64,000 nt of DNA, taken from NCBI GenBank assembly GCA_964016885.1, contig OZ024742.1, positions 168,454,001-168,518,000 on the forward strand, written 5' to 3'. The first letter of the stretch is position 1; every line of letters starts with the position of its first letter. The position numbers and the translations under genes are program-made. Positions 24,246-38,340 of this stretch are shown piece by piece. The DNA is from Eledone cirrhosa (lineage: Eukaryota). Below the pieces are notes generated by a model. It made no database searches, was not told the DNA's origin, and saw only the letters and a list, made by a program, of their open reading frames with translations.

Positions 24246-24374
24246 CTCAATCAAACACCCAATTAAAAGGCCATAAAAGAAACATTAAAACAGCATTTAA
24301 AATACCATTAAAAACGCCATAAAAATCATTAAAATCCAATTAAAGATACATTAAAGGCCCATTAAAAACGCCAT
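24246..24374 (+). repeat. Chimeric cassette (filled-type left arm + empty-type right arm)
   Basis: CTCAATCAAACACCCAATT...TACCATTAAAAACGCCATAAAAATCATTAAAATCCAATTAAAGATAC... Confidence 0.88.
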
Positions 24375-26280
24375 AAAAAATCCATTAAAAATATCCATTA
24401 AAAAAACTCAATCAAAAACCCATAAAAGAAACATTAAAACAGCATTTAAAAAATCCATTAAAAATCCATTAAAAAAATCCATTTAATAAAATCCATTAAA
24501 AATCCATTAAAAATCCATTAAAAATCCATTAAAAATCCATTAAAAATCCATTAAAAATCCATTAAAAAACCCATTTAAAAAAATCCATTAAAAAAATCCA
24601 TTAAAAAAATCCATTAAAAAAAGCCATTAAAAAAATCCATTTAAAAAAAGCCATTAAAAAAATCCATTAAAAAAAAATCCATTAAAAATCCATTAAAAAA
24701 ATCCATTTAAAAAAATCCATTAAAAACCCATTAAAAATCCATTAAAAAATCCATTAAAAAACCCATTAAAAAAAATCCATTAGAAAAATCCATTTAAAAA
24801 ATCCATTAAAAAAAAATCCATTTAAAAAACCCATTAAAAAAAATCCATTAAAAAAATTCATTTAAAAAATCCATTTAAAAAATCCATTAAAAAAATCCAT
24901 TTAAAAAATCCATAAAAAAAAACCATTAAAAAAAATCCATTAAAAAAAAATCCATTAAAAAAAATCCATTAAAAAAAATCCATTAAAAATCCATTAAAAA
25001 AAATCCATTTAAAAAAAATTCATTAAAAAATCCATTAAAAATCCATTAAAAATCCATTTAAAAAAATCCATTTAAAAAATCCATTTAAAAAACCCATTAC
25101 AAAAAATACATTAAAAAAAATCCATAAAAAAAAAAGCCATTAAAAAAAATCCATTAAAAAAAATCTATTAAAAATCCATTAAAAATCCATTAAAAATCCA
25201 TTAAAAATCCATTAAAAATCCATTAAAAATCCATTAAAAAGCCATTAAAAATCCATTAAAATCCATTAAAAATCCATTAAAAATCCATTAAAAATCCATT
25301 AAAAATCCATTAAAAAATCCATTTAAAAAAATCCATTAAAAAATCCATTTAAAAAATCCATTAAAAAAATCCATTAAAAAAAAATCCATTAAAAAAAAAA
25401 TCCATTAAAAAAAATCAATTTAAAAAAATCCATTAAAAATCCATTAAAAAAATCCATTTAAAAAAATCCATTAAAAACCCATTAAAAACCCATTAAAAAT
25501 CCATTAAAAATCCATTTAAAAAACCCATTAAAAAAAATCCATTAAAAAAAATCCATTTAAAAAATCCATTAAAAAAAATCCATTAAAAAAACCCATTAAA
25601 AAAATCCATTAAAAAAATCCATTTAAAAAATCCATTAAAAAAAAATTCATTAAAAAAAAATCCATAAAAAAATCCATTAAAAAAATCCATTTAAAAAAAT
25701 CCATTAAAAAAAAATCCATTAAAAATCCATTAAAAAAATCCATTAAAAAAAATCCATTAAAAAATCCATTAAAAAACCCATTAAAAATCCATTAAAAATC
25801 CATTAAAAATCCATTAAAAATCCATTTAAAAAACCCATTAAAAAAATCCATTTAAAAAACCCATTAAAAAAAGCCATTAAAAAATCCATTTAAAAAATCC
25901 ATTAAAAAAAATCCATTAAAAAAAACCATTAAAAAATCCATTAAAAAAAATCCCATTAAAAATACATTAAAAATCCATTAAAAATCCATTAAAAAATCCA
26001 TTAAAAATCCATTAAAAATCCATTAAAAATCCATTAAAAAATCCATTAAAAAAAATCCATTAAAAAAATCCATTAAAAAATCCATTTAAAAAATCCATTT
26101 AAAAAAATCCATTAAAAAAAATCCATTAAAAAAAATCCATTAAAAAAAATCCATTAAAAAAAAAATCCGTTAAAAAAAATCCATTAAAAACTCAATCAAA
26201 CACCCAATTAAAAGGCCATAAAAGAAACATTAAAACAGCATTTAAAATACCATTAAAAACGCCATAAAAAATCATTAAAA

Positions 26281-26337
26281 TTGTTTTTTATGAAATTTAT
26301 AATATGGCTTTTAATGAACTTTTTAATGGGCTTTTAG
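26281..26337 (-). repeat. Inverted island, type C
   Basis: Same 57-mer. Confidence 0.92.
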
Positions 26338-26856
26338 AATCATTAAAATCCCATTAAAAATACATTAAAGGCCCATTAAAAACGCCATAAAAAATCCATT
26401 AAAAAAAATCCATTAAAAAAAAATTCAATCAAAAACCCATAAAAGAAACATTAAAACAGCATTTAAAAAACCCATTAAAAATTCATTAAAAAAATCCATT
26501 TAAAAAATCCATTAAAAATCCATTAAAAATCCATTAAAAATCCATTAAAAAAATCCATTTAAAAAAATCCATTAAAAAATCCATTAAAAATCCATTAAAA
26601 ATCCATTAAAAAATCCATTTAAAAAACCCATTAAAAAAATCCATTTAAAAAATCCATTTAAAAAATCCATTAAAAAAAATCCATTTAAAAAAACCCATTA
26701 AAAAAAATCCATTAAGAAAATCCATTTAAAAAATCCATTAAAAAAAATCCATTAAAAAAAATCCATAAAAAAAAATCCATTAAAAAAAATCCATTAAAAA
26801 AAAATCCGTTAAAAAAAATCCATTAAAAAAAAATCCGTTCAAAAAATCCATTAAAA

Positions 26857-26934
26857 GCTCAATCCCATTAAAAACGCCATAAAAATCATTAAAATCCAAT
26901 TAAAGATACATTAAAGGCCCATTAAAAACGCCAT
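26857..26934 (+). repeat. Empty-site cassette E
   Basis: Matches 970-1047. Confidence 0.9.
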
Positions 26935-28396
26935 AAAAAATCCATTAAAAAAATCCATTAAAAAAACTCAATCAAAAACCCATAAAAGAAACATTAAAAC
27001 AGCATTTAAAAAATCCATTAAAAATCCATTAAAAAAATCCATTTAATAAAATCCATTAAAAAATCCATTAAAAATCCATTAAAAATCCATTAAAAATCCA
27101 TTAAAAATCCATTAAAAATCCATTAAAAAACCCATTTAAAAAAATCCATTAAAAAAATCCATTAAAAAAATCCATTAAAAAAAGCCATTAAAAAAATCCA
27201 TTTAAAAAAAGCCATTAAAAAAATCCATTAAAAAAAAATCCATTAAAAATCCATTAAAAAAATCCATTTAAAAAAATCCATTAAAAACCCATTAAAAATC
27301 CATTAAAAAATCCATTAAAAAACCCATTAAAAAAAATCCATTAGAAATATCCATTTAAAAAATCCATTAAAAAAAAATCCATTTAAAAAACCCATTAAAA
27401 AAAATCCATTTAAAAAATCCATTTAAAAAATCCATTTAAAAAATCCATTAAAAAAATCCATTTAAAAAATCCATAAAAAAAAACCATTAAAAAAAATCCA
27501 TTAAAAAATCCATTTAAAAATCCAGTAAAAAAAATCCATTTAAAAAAACCCATTAAAAAAAATCCATTAAAAAAATCCATTTAAAAAATCCATAAAAAAA
27601 AATCCATAAAAAAAATCCATTAAAAAAAATCCATTACAAAAAAAATCCGTTAAAAAAAATCCATTAAAAATCCATTAAAAATCCATTAAAAATCCATTAA
27701 AAATCCATTAAAAATCCATTTAAAAAAATCCATTAAAAAAATCCATTAAAAAAATCCATTTAAAAAATCCATTAAAAAAAATCCATTAAAAAAAAATCCA
27801 TTAAAAAAAATCCATTAAAAAAAATCAATTTAAAAAAATCCATTAAAAATCCATTAAAAAAATCCATTTAAAAAAATCCATTAAAAACCCATTAAAAATC
27901 CATTAAAAATCCATTAAAAAATCCATTTAAAAAAACCATTAAAAAAAATCCATTAAAAAAATCCATTTAAAAAATCCATTAAAAAAAAATCCATTAAAAA
28001 AAACCCATTAAAAAAAATCCATTAAAAAAATCCATTTAAAAAATCCATTAAAAAAAATCCATTAAAAAAAACTCAATCAAAAACCCATAAAAGAAACATT
28101 AAAACAACATTTAAAAAATCCATTAAAAAAATCCATTTAAAAAATCCATTAAAAAAAATCCATTTAAAAAAACCCATTTAAAAAAATCCATTAAAAAAAT
28201 CCATTTAAAAAATCCATTAAAAAAAATCCATTAAAAAAATCCATAAAAAAAATCCATTAAAAAAAATCCATTAAAAAAAAATCCGTTAAAAAAAATCCAT
28301 TAAAAACTCAATCAAAAACCCAATTAAAAGGCCATAAAAGAAACATTAAAACAGCATTTAAAATACCATTAAAAACGCCATAAAAAATCATTAAAA

Positions 28397-28453
28397 TTGT
28401 TTTTTATGAAATTTATAATATGGCTTTTAATGAATTTTTTAATGGGCTTTTAG
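28397..28453 (-). repeat. Inverted island, type B
   Basis: GAAT variant. Confidence 0.92.
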
Positions 28454-30584
28454 AATCATTAAAATCCCATTAAAAATACATTAAAGGCCCATTAAAAACG
28501 CCATAAAAAATCCATTAAAAAAATCCATTAAAAAAAAACTCAATCAAAAACACATAAAAGAAACATTAAAACAGCATTTAAAAAATCCATTAAAAATCCA
28601 TTAAAAAAAAATCCATTAAAAAAATCCATTAAAAATCCATTAAAAAAATCCATTTAAAAAAATCCATTAAAAAATCCATTAAAAACCCATTAAAAATCCA
28701 TTAAAAATCCATTAAAAATCCATTAAAAAATCCATTTAAAAAACCCATTAAAAAAATCCATTAAAAAATCCATTTAAAAATCCATTAAAAAAAATCCATT
28801 TAAAAAAACCCATTAAAAAAAATCCATTAAAAAAATCCATTTAAAAAATCCATAAAAAAAAATCCATAAAAAAAATCCATTAAAAAAAATCCATTAAAAA
28901 AAAATTCAATCAAAAACCCATAAAAGAAACATTAAAACAGCATTTAAAAAACCCATTAAAAATTCATTAAAAAAATCCATTTAAAAAATCCATTAAAAAT
29001 CCATTAAAAATCCATTAAAAATCCATTAAAAATCCATTAAAAATCCATTAAAAATAATCCATTAAAAAAAATTGAATCAAAAACCCATAAAAGAAACATT
29101 AAAACAGCATTTAAAAAATCCATTAAAAAAATCCATTTAAAAAAATCCATTAAAAAAGCCATTAAAAATCCATTAAAAATCCATTAAAAAAATCCATTAA
29201 AAAAAAATCCATTAAAAAAAATCCATTAAAAATCCATTAAAAAAATCCATTTAAAAAAATCCATTAAAAATCCATTAAAAACCCATTAAAAATCCATTAA
29301 AAATCCATTAAAAATCCATTAAAAAATCCATTTAAAAAACCCATTAAAAAAATCCATTAAAAAATCCATTTAAAAATCCAGTAAAAAAAATCCATTTAAA
29401 AAAACCCATTAAAAAAAATCCATTAAAAAAATCCATTTAAAAAATCCATAAAAAAAAATCCATAAAAAAAATCCATTAAAAAAAATCCATTACAAAAAAA
29501 ATCCGTTAAAAAAAATCCATTAAAAATCCATTAAAAATCCATTAAAAATCCATTAAAAATCCATTAAAAATCCATTTAAAAAAATCCATTAAAAAAATCC
29601 ATTAAAAAAATCCATTTAAAAAATCCATTAAAAAAAATCCATTAAAAAAAAATCCATTAAAAAAAATCCATTAAAAAAAATCAATTTAAAAAAATCCATT
29701 AAAAATCCATTAAAAAAATCCATTTAAAAAAATCCATTAAAAACCCATTAAAAATCCATTAAAAATCCATTAAAAAATCCATTTAAAAAAACCATTAAAA
29801 AAAATCCATTAAAAAAATCCATTTAAAAAATCCATTAAAAAAAAATCCATTAAAAAAAACCCATTAAAAAAAATCCATTAAAAAAATCCATTTAAAAAAT
29901 CCATTAAAAAAAATCCATTAAAAAAAACTCAATCAAAAACCCATAAAAGAAACATTAAAACAGCATTTAAAAAATCCATTAAAAATCCATTAAAAAAATC
30001 CATTTAAAAATCCATTAAAAAATCCATTAAAAATCCATTAAAAATCCATTAAAAAATCCATTTAAAAAAATCCATTAAAAAAATCCATTTAAAAAATCCA
30101 TTAAAAAATCCATTTAAAAAATCCATTAAAAAAAATCCATTAAAAAAAACCATTAAAAAATCCATTAAAAAAAATCCCATTAAAAATACATTAAAGGCCC
30201 ATTAAAAACGCCATAAAAAATCCATTAAAAAAATCCATTAAAAAAAAACTCAATCAAAAACCCATAAAAGAAACATTAAAACACCATTTAAAAAATCCAT
30301 TAAAAAAATCCATTAAAAAAAATCCATTAAAAAATCCATTAAAAATCCATTAAAAATCCATTAAAAATCCATTAAAAATCCATTAAAAAATCCATTAAAA
30401 ATCCATTAAAAATCCATTAAAAATCCATTAAAAAATCCATTTAAAAAATCCATTAAAAAAATCCATTAAAAAATCCATTTAAAAAATCCATTTAAAAAAA
30501 TCCATTAAAAAAAATCCATTAAAAAAAAATCCATTAAAAAAAATCCATTAAAAAAAAAATCCGTTAAAAAAAATCCATTAAAAA

Positions 30585-30713
30585 CTCAATCAAACACCCA
30601 ATTAAAAGGCCATAAAAGAAACATTAAAACAGCATTTAAAATACCATTAAAAACGCCATAAAAATCATTAAAATCCAATTAAAGATACATTAAAGGCCCA
30701 TTAAAAACGCCAT
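30585..30713 (+). repeat. Chimeric cassette
   Basis: Same as 24246-24374. Confidence 0.88.
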
Positions 30714-32701
30714 AAAAAATCCATTAAAAATATCCATTAAAAAAACTCAATCAAAAACCCATAAAAGAAACATTAAAACAGCATTTAAAAAATCCATTAA
30801 AAATCCATTAAAAAAATCCATTTAATAAAATCCATTAAAAATCCATTAAAAATCCATTAAAAATCCATTAAAAATCCATTAAAAATCCATTAAAAATCCA
30901 TTAAAAAACCCATTTAAAAAAATCCATTAAAAAAATCCATTAAAAAAATCCATTAAAAAAAGCCATTAAAAAAATCCATTTAAAAAAAGCCATTAAAAAA
31001 ATCCATTAAAAAAAAATCCATTAAAAATCCATTAAAAAAATCCATTTAAAAAAATCCATTAAAAACCCATTAAAAATCCATTAAAAAATCCATTAAAAAA
31101 CCCATTAAAAAAAATCCATTAGAAAAATCCATTTAAAAAATCCATTAAAAAAAATCCATTTAAAAAACCCATTAAAAAAAATCCATTAAAAAAATCCATT
31201 TAAAAATCCATTTAAAAAATCCATTAAAAAAATCCATTTAAAAAATCCATAAAAAAAAACCATTAAAAAAAATCCATTAAAAAAAAATCCATTAAAAAAA
31301 ATCCATTAAAAAAAATCCATTAAAAATCCATTAAAAAAAATCCATTTAAAAAAAATTCATTAAAAAATCCATTAAAAATCCATTAAAAATCCATTTAAAA
31401 AAATCCATTTAAAAAATCCATTTAAAAAACCCATTACAAAAAATACATTAAAAAAAATCCATAAAAAAAAAAGCCATTAAAAAAAATCCATTAAAAAAAA
31501 TCTATTAAAAATCCATTAAAAATCCATTAAAAATCCATTAAAAATCCATTAAAAATCCATTAAAAATCCATTAAAAAGCCATTAAAAATCCATTAAAATC
31601 CATTAAAAATCCATTAAAAATCCATTAAAAATCCATTAAAAATCCATTTAAAAATCCATTTAAAAAAATCCATTAAAAAATCCATTAAAAAATCCATTTA
31701 AAAAATCCATTAAAAAAATCCATTAAAAAAAAATCCATTAAAAAAAAAATCCATTAAAAAAAATCAATTTAAAAAAATCCATTAAAAATCCATTAAAAAA
31801 ATCCATTTAAAAAAATCCATTAAAAACCCATTAAAAACCCATTAAAAATCCATTAAAAATCCATTAAAAAAACCCATTAAAAAAAATCCATTAAAAAAAA
31901 TCCATTTAAAAAATCCATTAAAAAAAATTCATTAAAAAAAAATCCATAAAAAAATCCATTAAAAAAATCCATTTAAAAAAATCCATTAAAAAAAATCCAT
32001 TAAAAATCCATTAAAAAAATCCATTAAAAAAAATCCATTAAAAAATCCATTAAAAAACCCATTAAAAATCCATTAAAAATCCATTAAAAATCCATAAAAA
32101 ATCCATTTAAAAAACCCATTAAAAAAATCCATTTAAAAAACCCATTAAAAAAAGCCATTAAAAAATCCATTTAAAAAATCCATTAAAAAAAATCCATTTA
32201 AAACAACCCATTAAAAAAAATCCATTAAAAAAAACCCATTAAAAAAAATCCATTAAAAAAATCCATTTAAAAAATCCATTAAAAAAAATCCATTAAAAAA
32301 AATCCATAAAAAAATCCATTAAAAAAATCCATTAAAAATCCATTAAAAAAAATCCATTTAAAAAAGCCATTAAAAAATCCATTAAAAATCCATTAAAAAT
32401 CCATTTAAAAAACCCATTAAAAAATCCATTAAAAAAATCCATTTAAAAAATCCATTAAAAAAAATCCATTTAAAAAAACCCATTAAAAAAATCCATTAAA
32501 AAAATCCATTTAAAAAATCCATTAAAAAAAATCCATTAAAAAAATCCATAAAAAAAATCCATTAAAAAAAATCCATTAAAAAAAAATCCGTTAAAAAAAA
32601 TCCATTAAAAACTCAATCAAAAACCCAATTAAAAGGCCATAAAAGAAACATTAAAACAGCATTTAAAATACCATTAAAAACGCCATAAAAAATCATTAAA
32701 A

Positions 32702-32758
32702 TTGTTTTTTATGAAATTTATAATATGGCTTTTAATGAATTTTTTAATGGGCTTTTAG
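32702..32758 (-). repeat. Inverted island, type B
   Basis: GAAT variant. Confidence 0.92.
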
Positions 32759-34218
32759 AATCATTAAAATCCCATTAAAAATACATTAAAGGCCCATTAA
32801 AAACGCCATAAAAAATCCATTAAAAAAATCCATTAAAAAAAAACTCAATCAAAAACACATAAAAGAAACATTAAAACAGCATTTAAAAAATCCATTAAAA
32901 ATCCATTAAAAAAAAATCCATTAAAAAAATCCATTAAAAATCCATTAAAAAAATCCATTTAAAAAAATCCATTAAAAAATCCATTAAAAACCCATTAAAA
33001 ATCCATTAAAAATCCATTAAAAATCCATTAAAAAATCCATTTAAAAAACCCATTAAAAAAATCCATTAAAAAATCCATTTAAAAATCCATTAAAAAAAAT
33101 CCATTTAAAAAAACCCATTAAAAAAAATCCATTAAAAAAATCCATTTAAAAAATCCATAAAAAAAAATCCATAAAAAAAATCCATTAAAAAAAATCCATT
33201 AAAAAAAAAATCCGTTAAAAAAAATCCATTAAAAATCCATTAAAAATCCATTAAAAATCCATTAAAAATCCATTAAAAATCCATTAAAAATCCATTAAAA
33301 ATCCATTAAAAATCCATTTAAAAAAATCCATTAAAAAAATCCATTAAAAAAATCCATTTAAAAAATCCATTAAAAAAAATCCATTAAAAAAAAATCCATT
33401 AAAAAAAATCCATTAAAAAAAATCAATTTAAAAAAATCCATTAAAAATCCATTAAAAAAATCCATTTAAAAAAATCCATTAAAAACCCATTAAAAATCCA
33501 TTAAAAATCTATTAAAAAATCCATTTAAAAAAACCATTAAAAAAAATCCAATAAAAAAATCCATTTAAAAAATCCATTAAAAAAAAATCCATTAAAAAAA
33601 TCCATTTAAAAAATCCATTAAAAAAAATCCATTAAAAAAAACTCAATCAAAAACCCATAAAAGAAACATTAAAACAGCATTTAAAAAATCCATTAAAAAT
33701 CCATTAAAAGAATCCATTTAAAAAATCCATTAAAAAATCCATTAAAAATCCATTAAAAATCCATTAAAAAATCCATTTAAAAAAATCCATTAAAAAAATC
33801 CTTTAAAAAATCCATTTAAAAATCCATTTAAAAAATCCATTAAAAAAAATCCATTAAAAAAAACCATTAAAAAATCCATTAAAAAAAATCCCATTAAAAA
33901 TACATTAAAAATCCATTAAAAATCCATTAAAAAATCCATTAAAAATCCATTAAAAATCCATTAAAAATCCATTAAAAAATCCATTAAAAAAAATCCATTA
34001 AAAAAATCCATTAAAAAATCCATTTAAAAAATCCATTTAAAAAAATCCATTAAAAAAAATCCATTAAAAAAAATCCATTAAAAAAAATCCATTAAAAAAA
34101 AAATCCGTTAAAAAAAATCCATTAAAAACTCAATCAAACACCCAATTAAAAGGCCATAAAAGAAACATTAAAACAGCATTTAAAATACCATTAAAAACGC
34201 CATAAAAAATCATTAAAA

Positions 34219-34275
34219 TTGTTTTTTATGAAATTTATAATATGGCTTTTAATGAACTTTTTAATGGGCTTTTAG
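34219..34275 (-). repeat. Inverted island, type C
   Basis: 1517 bp after type B (1506 plus one 11-mer). Confidence 0.92.
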
Positions 34276-36080
34276 AATCATTAAAATCCCATTAAAAATA
34301 CATTAAAGGCCCATTAAAAACGCCATAAAAAATCCATTAAAAAATATCCATTAAAAAAAAATTCAATCAAAAACCCATAAAAGAAACATTAAAACAGCAT
34401 TTAAAAAACCCATTAAAAATTCATTAAAAAAATCCATTTAAAAAATCCATTAAAAATCCATTAAAAATCCATTAAAAATCCATTAAAAATCCATTAAAAA
34501 TCCATTAAAAATAATCCATTAAAAAAAAATTCAATCAAAAACCCATAAAAGAAACATTAAAACAGCATTTAAAAAATCCATTAAAAAAATCCATTTAAAA
34601 AAATCCATTAAAAAAGCCATTAAAAATCCATTAAAAATCCATTAAAAAAATCCATTAAAAAAAAATCCATTAAAAAAAATCCATTAAAAATCCATTAAAA
34701 AAATCCATTTAAAAAAATCCATTAAAAATCCATTAAAAACCCATTAAAAATCCATTAAAAATCCATTAAAAATCCATTAAAAAATCCATTTAAAAAACCC
34801 ATTAAAAAAATCCATTAAAAAATCCATTTAAAAATCCAGTAAAAAAAATCCATTTAAAAAAACCCATTAAAAAAATCCATTAAAAAAATCCATTTAAAAA
34901 ATCCCTAAAAAAAAATCCATAAAAAAAATCCATTAAAAAAAATCCATTAAAAATCCATTAAAAATCCATTAAAAATCCATTTAAAAAAATCCATTAAAAA
35001 AATCCATTAAAAAAATCCATTTAAAAAATCCATTAAAAAAAATCCATTAAAAAAAAATCCATTAAAAAAAATCCATTAAAAAAAATCAATTTAAAAAAAT
35101 CCATTAAAAATCCATTAAAAAAATCCATTTAAAAAAATCCATTAAAAACCCATTAAAAATCCATTAAAAATCCATTAAAAAATCCATTTAAAAAAACCAT
35201 TAAAAAAAATCCATTAAAAAAATCCATTTAAAAAATCCATTAAAAAAAATCCATTAAAAAAAACCCATAAAAAAAAATCCATTAAAAAAATCCATTTAAA
35301 AAATCCATTAAAAAAAATCCATTAAAAAAAACTCAATCAAAAACCCATAAAAGAAACATTAAAACAGCATTTAAAAAATCCATTAAAAATCCATTAAAAA
35401 AATCCATTTAAAAAATCCATTAAAAAATCCATTAAAAATCCATTAAAAATCCATTAAAAAATCCATTTAAAAAAATCCATTGAAAAAATCCATTTAAAAA
35501 ATCCATTAAAAAATCCATTTAAAAAATCCATTAAAAAAAATCCATTAAAAAAAACCATTAAAAAATCCATTAAAAAAAATCCCATTAAAAATACATTAAA
35601 GGCCCATTAAAAACGCCATAAAAAATCCATTAAAAAAATCCATTAAAAAAAAACTCAATCAAAAACCCATAAAAGAAACATTAAAACAGCATTTAAAAAA
35701 TCCATTAAAAAAATCCATTTAAAAAAATCCATTAAAAAATCCATTAATAATCCATTAAAAATCCATTAAAAATCCATTAAAAATCCATTAAAAAATCCAT
35801 TAAAAATCCATTAAAAATCCATTAAAAGTCCATTAAAAAATCCATTTAAAAAAATCCATTAAAAAAATCCATTAAAAAATCCATTTAAAAAATCCATTTA
35901 AAAAAATCCATTAAAAAAAATCCATTAAAAAAAAATCCATTAAAAAAAATCCATTAAAAAAAAAATCCGTTAAAAAAAATCCATTAAAAACTCAATCAAA
36001 CACCCAATTAAAAGGCCATAAAAGAAACATTAAAACAGCATTTAAAATACCATTAAAAACGCCATAAAAAATCATTAAAA

Positions 36081-36137
36081 TTGTTTTTTATGAAATTTAT
36101 AATATGGCTTTTAATGAACTTTTTAATGGGCTTTTAG
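36081..36137 (-). repeat. Inverted island, type C'
   Basis: Short right flank. Confidence 0.92.
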
Positions 36138-36803
36138 AATCATTAAAATCCCATTAAAAATACATTAAAGGCCATAAAAAATCCATTAAAAAAAATCCAT
36201 TAAAAAAAAATTCAATCAAAAACCCATAAAAGAAACATTAAAACAGCATTTAAAAAACCCATTAAAAATTCATTAAAAAAATCCATTTAAAAAATCCATT
36301 AAAAATCCATTAAAAATCCATTAAAAATCCATTAAAAATCCATTAAAAATAATCCATTAAAAAAAAATTCAATCAAAAACCCATAAAAGAAACATTAAAA
36401 CAGCATTTAAAAAATCCATTAAAAAAAATCCATTAAAAAAGCCATTAAAAATCCATTAAAAATCCATTAAAAAAAAATCCATTAAAAAAATCCATTAAAA
36501 ATCCATTAAAAAAATCCATTTAAAAAAATCCATTAAAAAATCCATTAAAAATCCATTAAAAATCCATTAAAAAATCCATTTAAAAAACCCATTAAAAAAA
36601 TCCATTTAAAAAATCCATTTAAAAAATCCATTAAAAAAAATCCATTTAAAAAAACCCATTAAAAAAAATCCATTAAGAAAATCCATTTAAAAAATCCATT
36701 AAAAAAAATCCATTAAAAAAAATCCATTAAAAAAAATCCATTAAAAAAAAATCCGTTAAAAAAAATCCATTAAAAAAAAATCCGTTAAAAAAATCCATTA
36801 AAA

Positions 36804-36881
36804 GCTCAATCCCATTAAAAACGCCATAAAAATCATTAAAATCCAATTAAAGATACATTAAAGGCCCATTAAAAACGCCAT
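36804..36881 (+). repeat. Empty-site cassette E
   Basis: Matches 970-1047. Confidence 0.9.
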
Positions 36882-38283
36882 AAAAAATCCATTAAAAAAA
36901 TCCATTAAAAAAACTCAATCAAAAACCCATAAAAGAAACATTAAAACAGCATTTAAAAAATCCATTAAAAATCCATTAAAAAAATCCATTTAATAAAATC
37001 CATTAAAAAATCCATTAAAAATCCATTAAAAATCCATTAAAAATCCATTAAAAATCCATTAAAAATCCATTAAAAAACCCATTTAAAAAAATCCATTAAA
37101 AAAATCCATTAAAAAAATCCATTAAAAAAAGCCATTAAAAAAATCCATTTAAAAAAATCCATTAAAAAAATCCATTAAAAAAAAATCCATTAAAAATCCA
37201 TTAAAAAAATCCATTTAAAAAAATCCATTAAAAACCCATTAAAAATCCATTAAAAAATCCATTAAAAAACCCATTAAAAAAAATCCATTAGAAAAATCCA
37301 TTTAAAAAATCCATTAAAAAAAAATCCATTTAAAAAACCCATTAAAAAAAATCCATTAAAAAAATCCATTTAAAAAATCCATTAAAAAAATCCATTAAAA
37401 AAATCCATTTAAAAAATCCATAAAAAAAACCCATTAAAAAAAATCCATTAAAAAAAAATCCATTAAAAAAAATCCATTAAAAAAAATCCATTAAAAATCC
37501 ATTAAAAAAAATCCATTTAAAAAAAATTCATTAAAAAATCCATTAAAAATCCATTAAAAATCCATTTAAAAAAATCCATTTAAAAAATCCATTTAAAAAA
37601 CCCATTACAAAAAATACATTAAAAAAAATCCATAAAAAAAAAAGCCATTAAAAAAAATCCATTAAAAAAAATCTATTAAAAATCCATTAAAAATCCATTA
37701 AAAATCCATTAAAAAGCCATTAAAAATCCATTAAAATCCATTAAAAAAATCCATTTAAAAAACCCATTAAAAAAAGCCATTAAAAAATCCATTTAAAAAA
37801 TCCATTAAAAAAAATCCATTTAAAACAACCCATTAAAAAAAATCCATTAAAAAAAACCCATTAAAAAAATCCATTAAAAAAATCCATTTAAAAAATCCAT
37901 TAAAAAAAATCCATTAAAAAAAATCCATAAAAAAATCCATTAAAAAAATCCATTAAAAATCCATTAAAAAAAATCCATTTAAAAAAGCCATTAAAAAATC
38001 CATTAAAAATCCATTAAAAATCCATTTAAAAAACCCATTAAAAAATCCATTAAAAAAATCCATTTAAAAAATCCATTAAAAAAAATCCATTTAAAAAAAC
38101 CCATTTAAAAAAATCCATTAAAAAAATCCATTTAAAAAATCCATTAAAAAAAATCCATTAAAAAAAAATCCGTTAAAAAAAATCCATTAAAAACTCAATC
38201 AAAAACCCAATTAAAAGGCCATAAAAGAAACATTAAAACAGCATTTAAAATACCATTAAAAACGCCATAAAAAATCATTAAAA

Positions 38284-38340
38284 TTGTTTTTTATGAAATT
38301 TATAATATGGCTTTTAATGAATTTTTTAATGGGCTTTTAG
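38284..38340 (-). repeat. Inverted island, type B
   Basis: GAAT variant. Confidence 0.92.
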
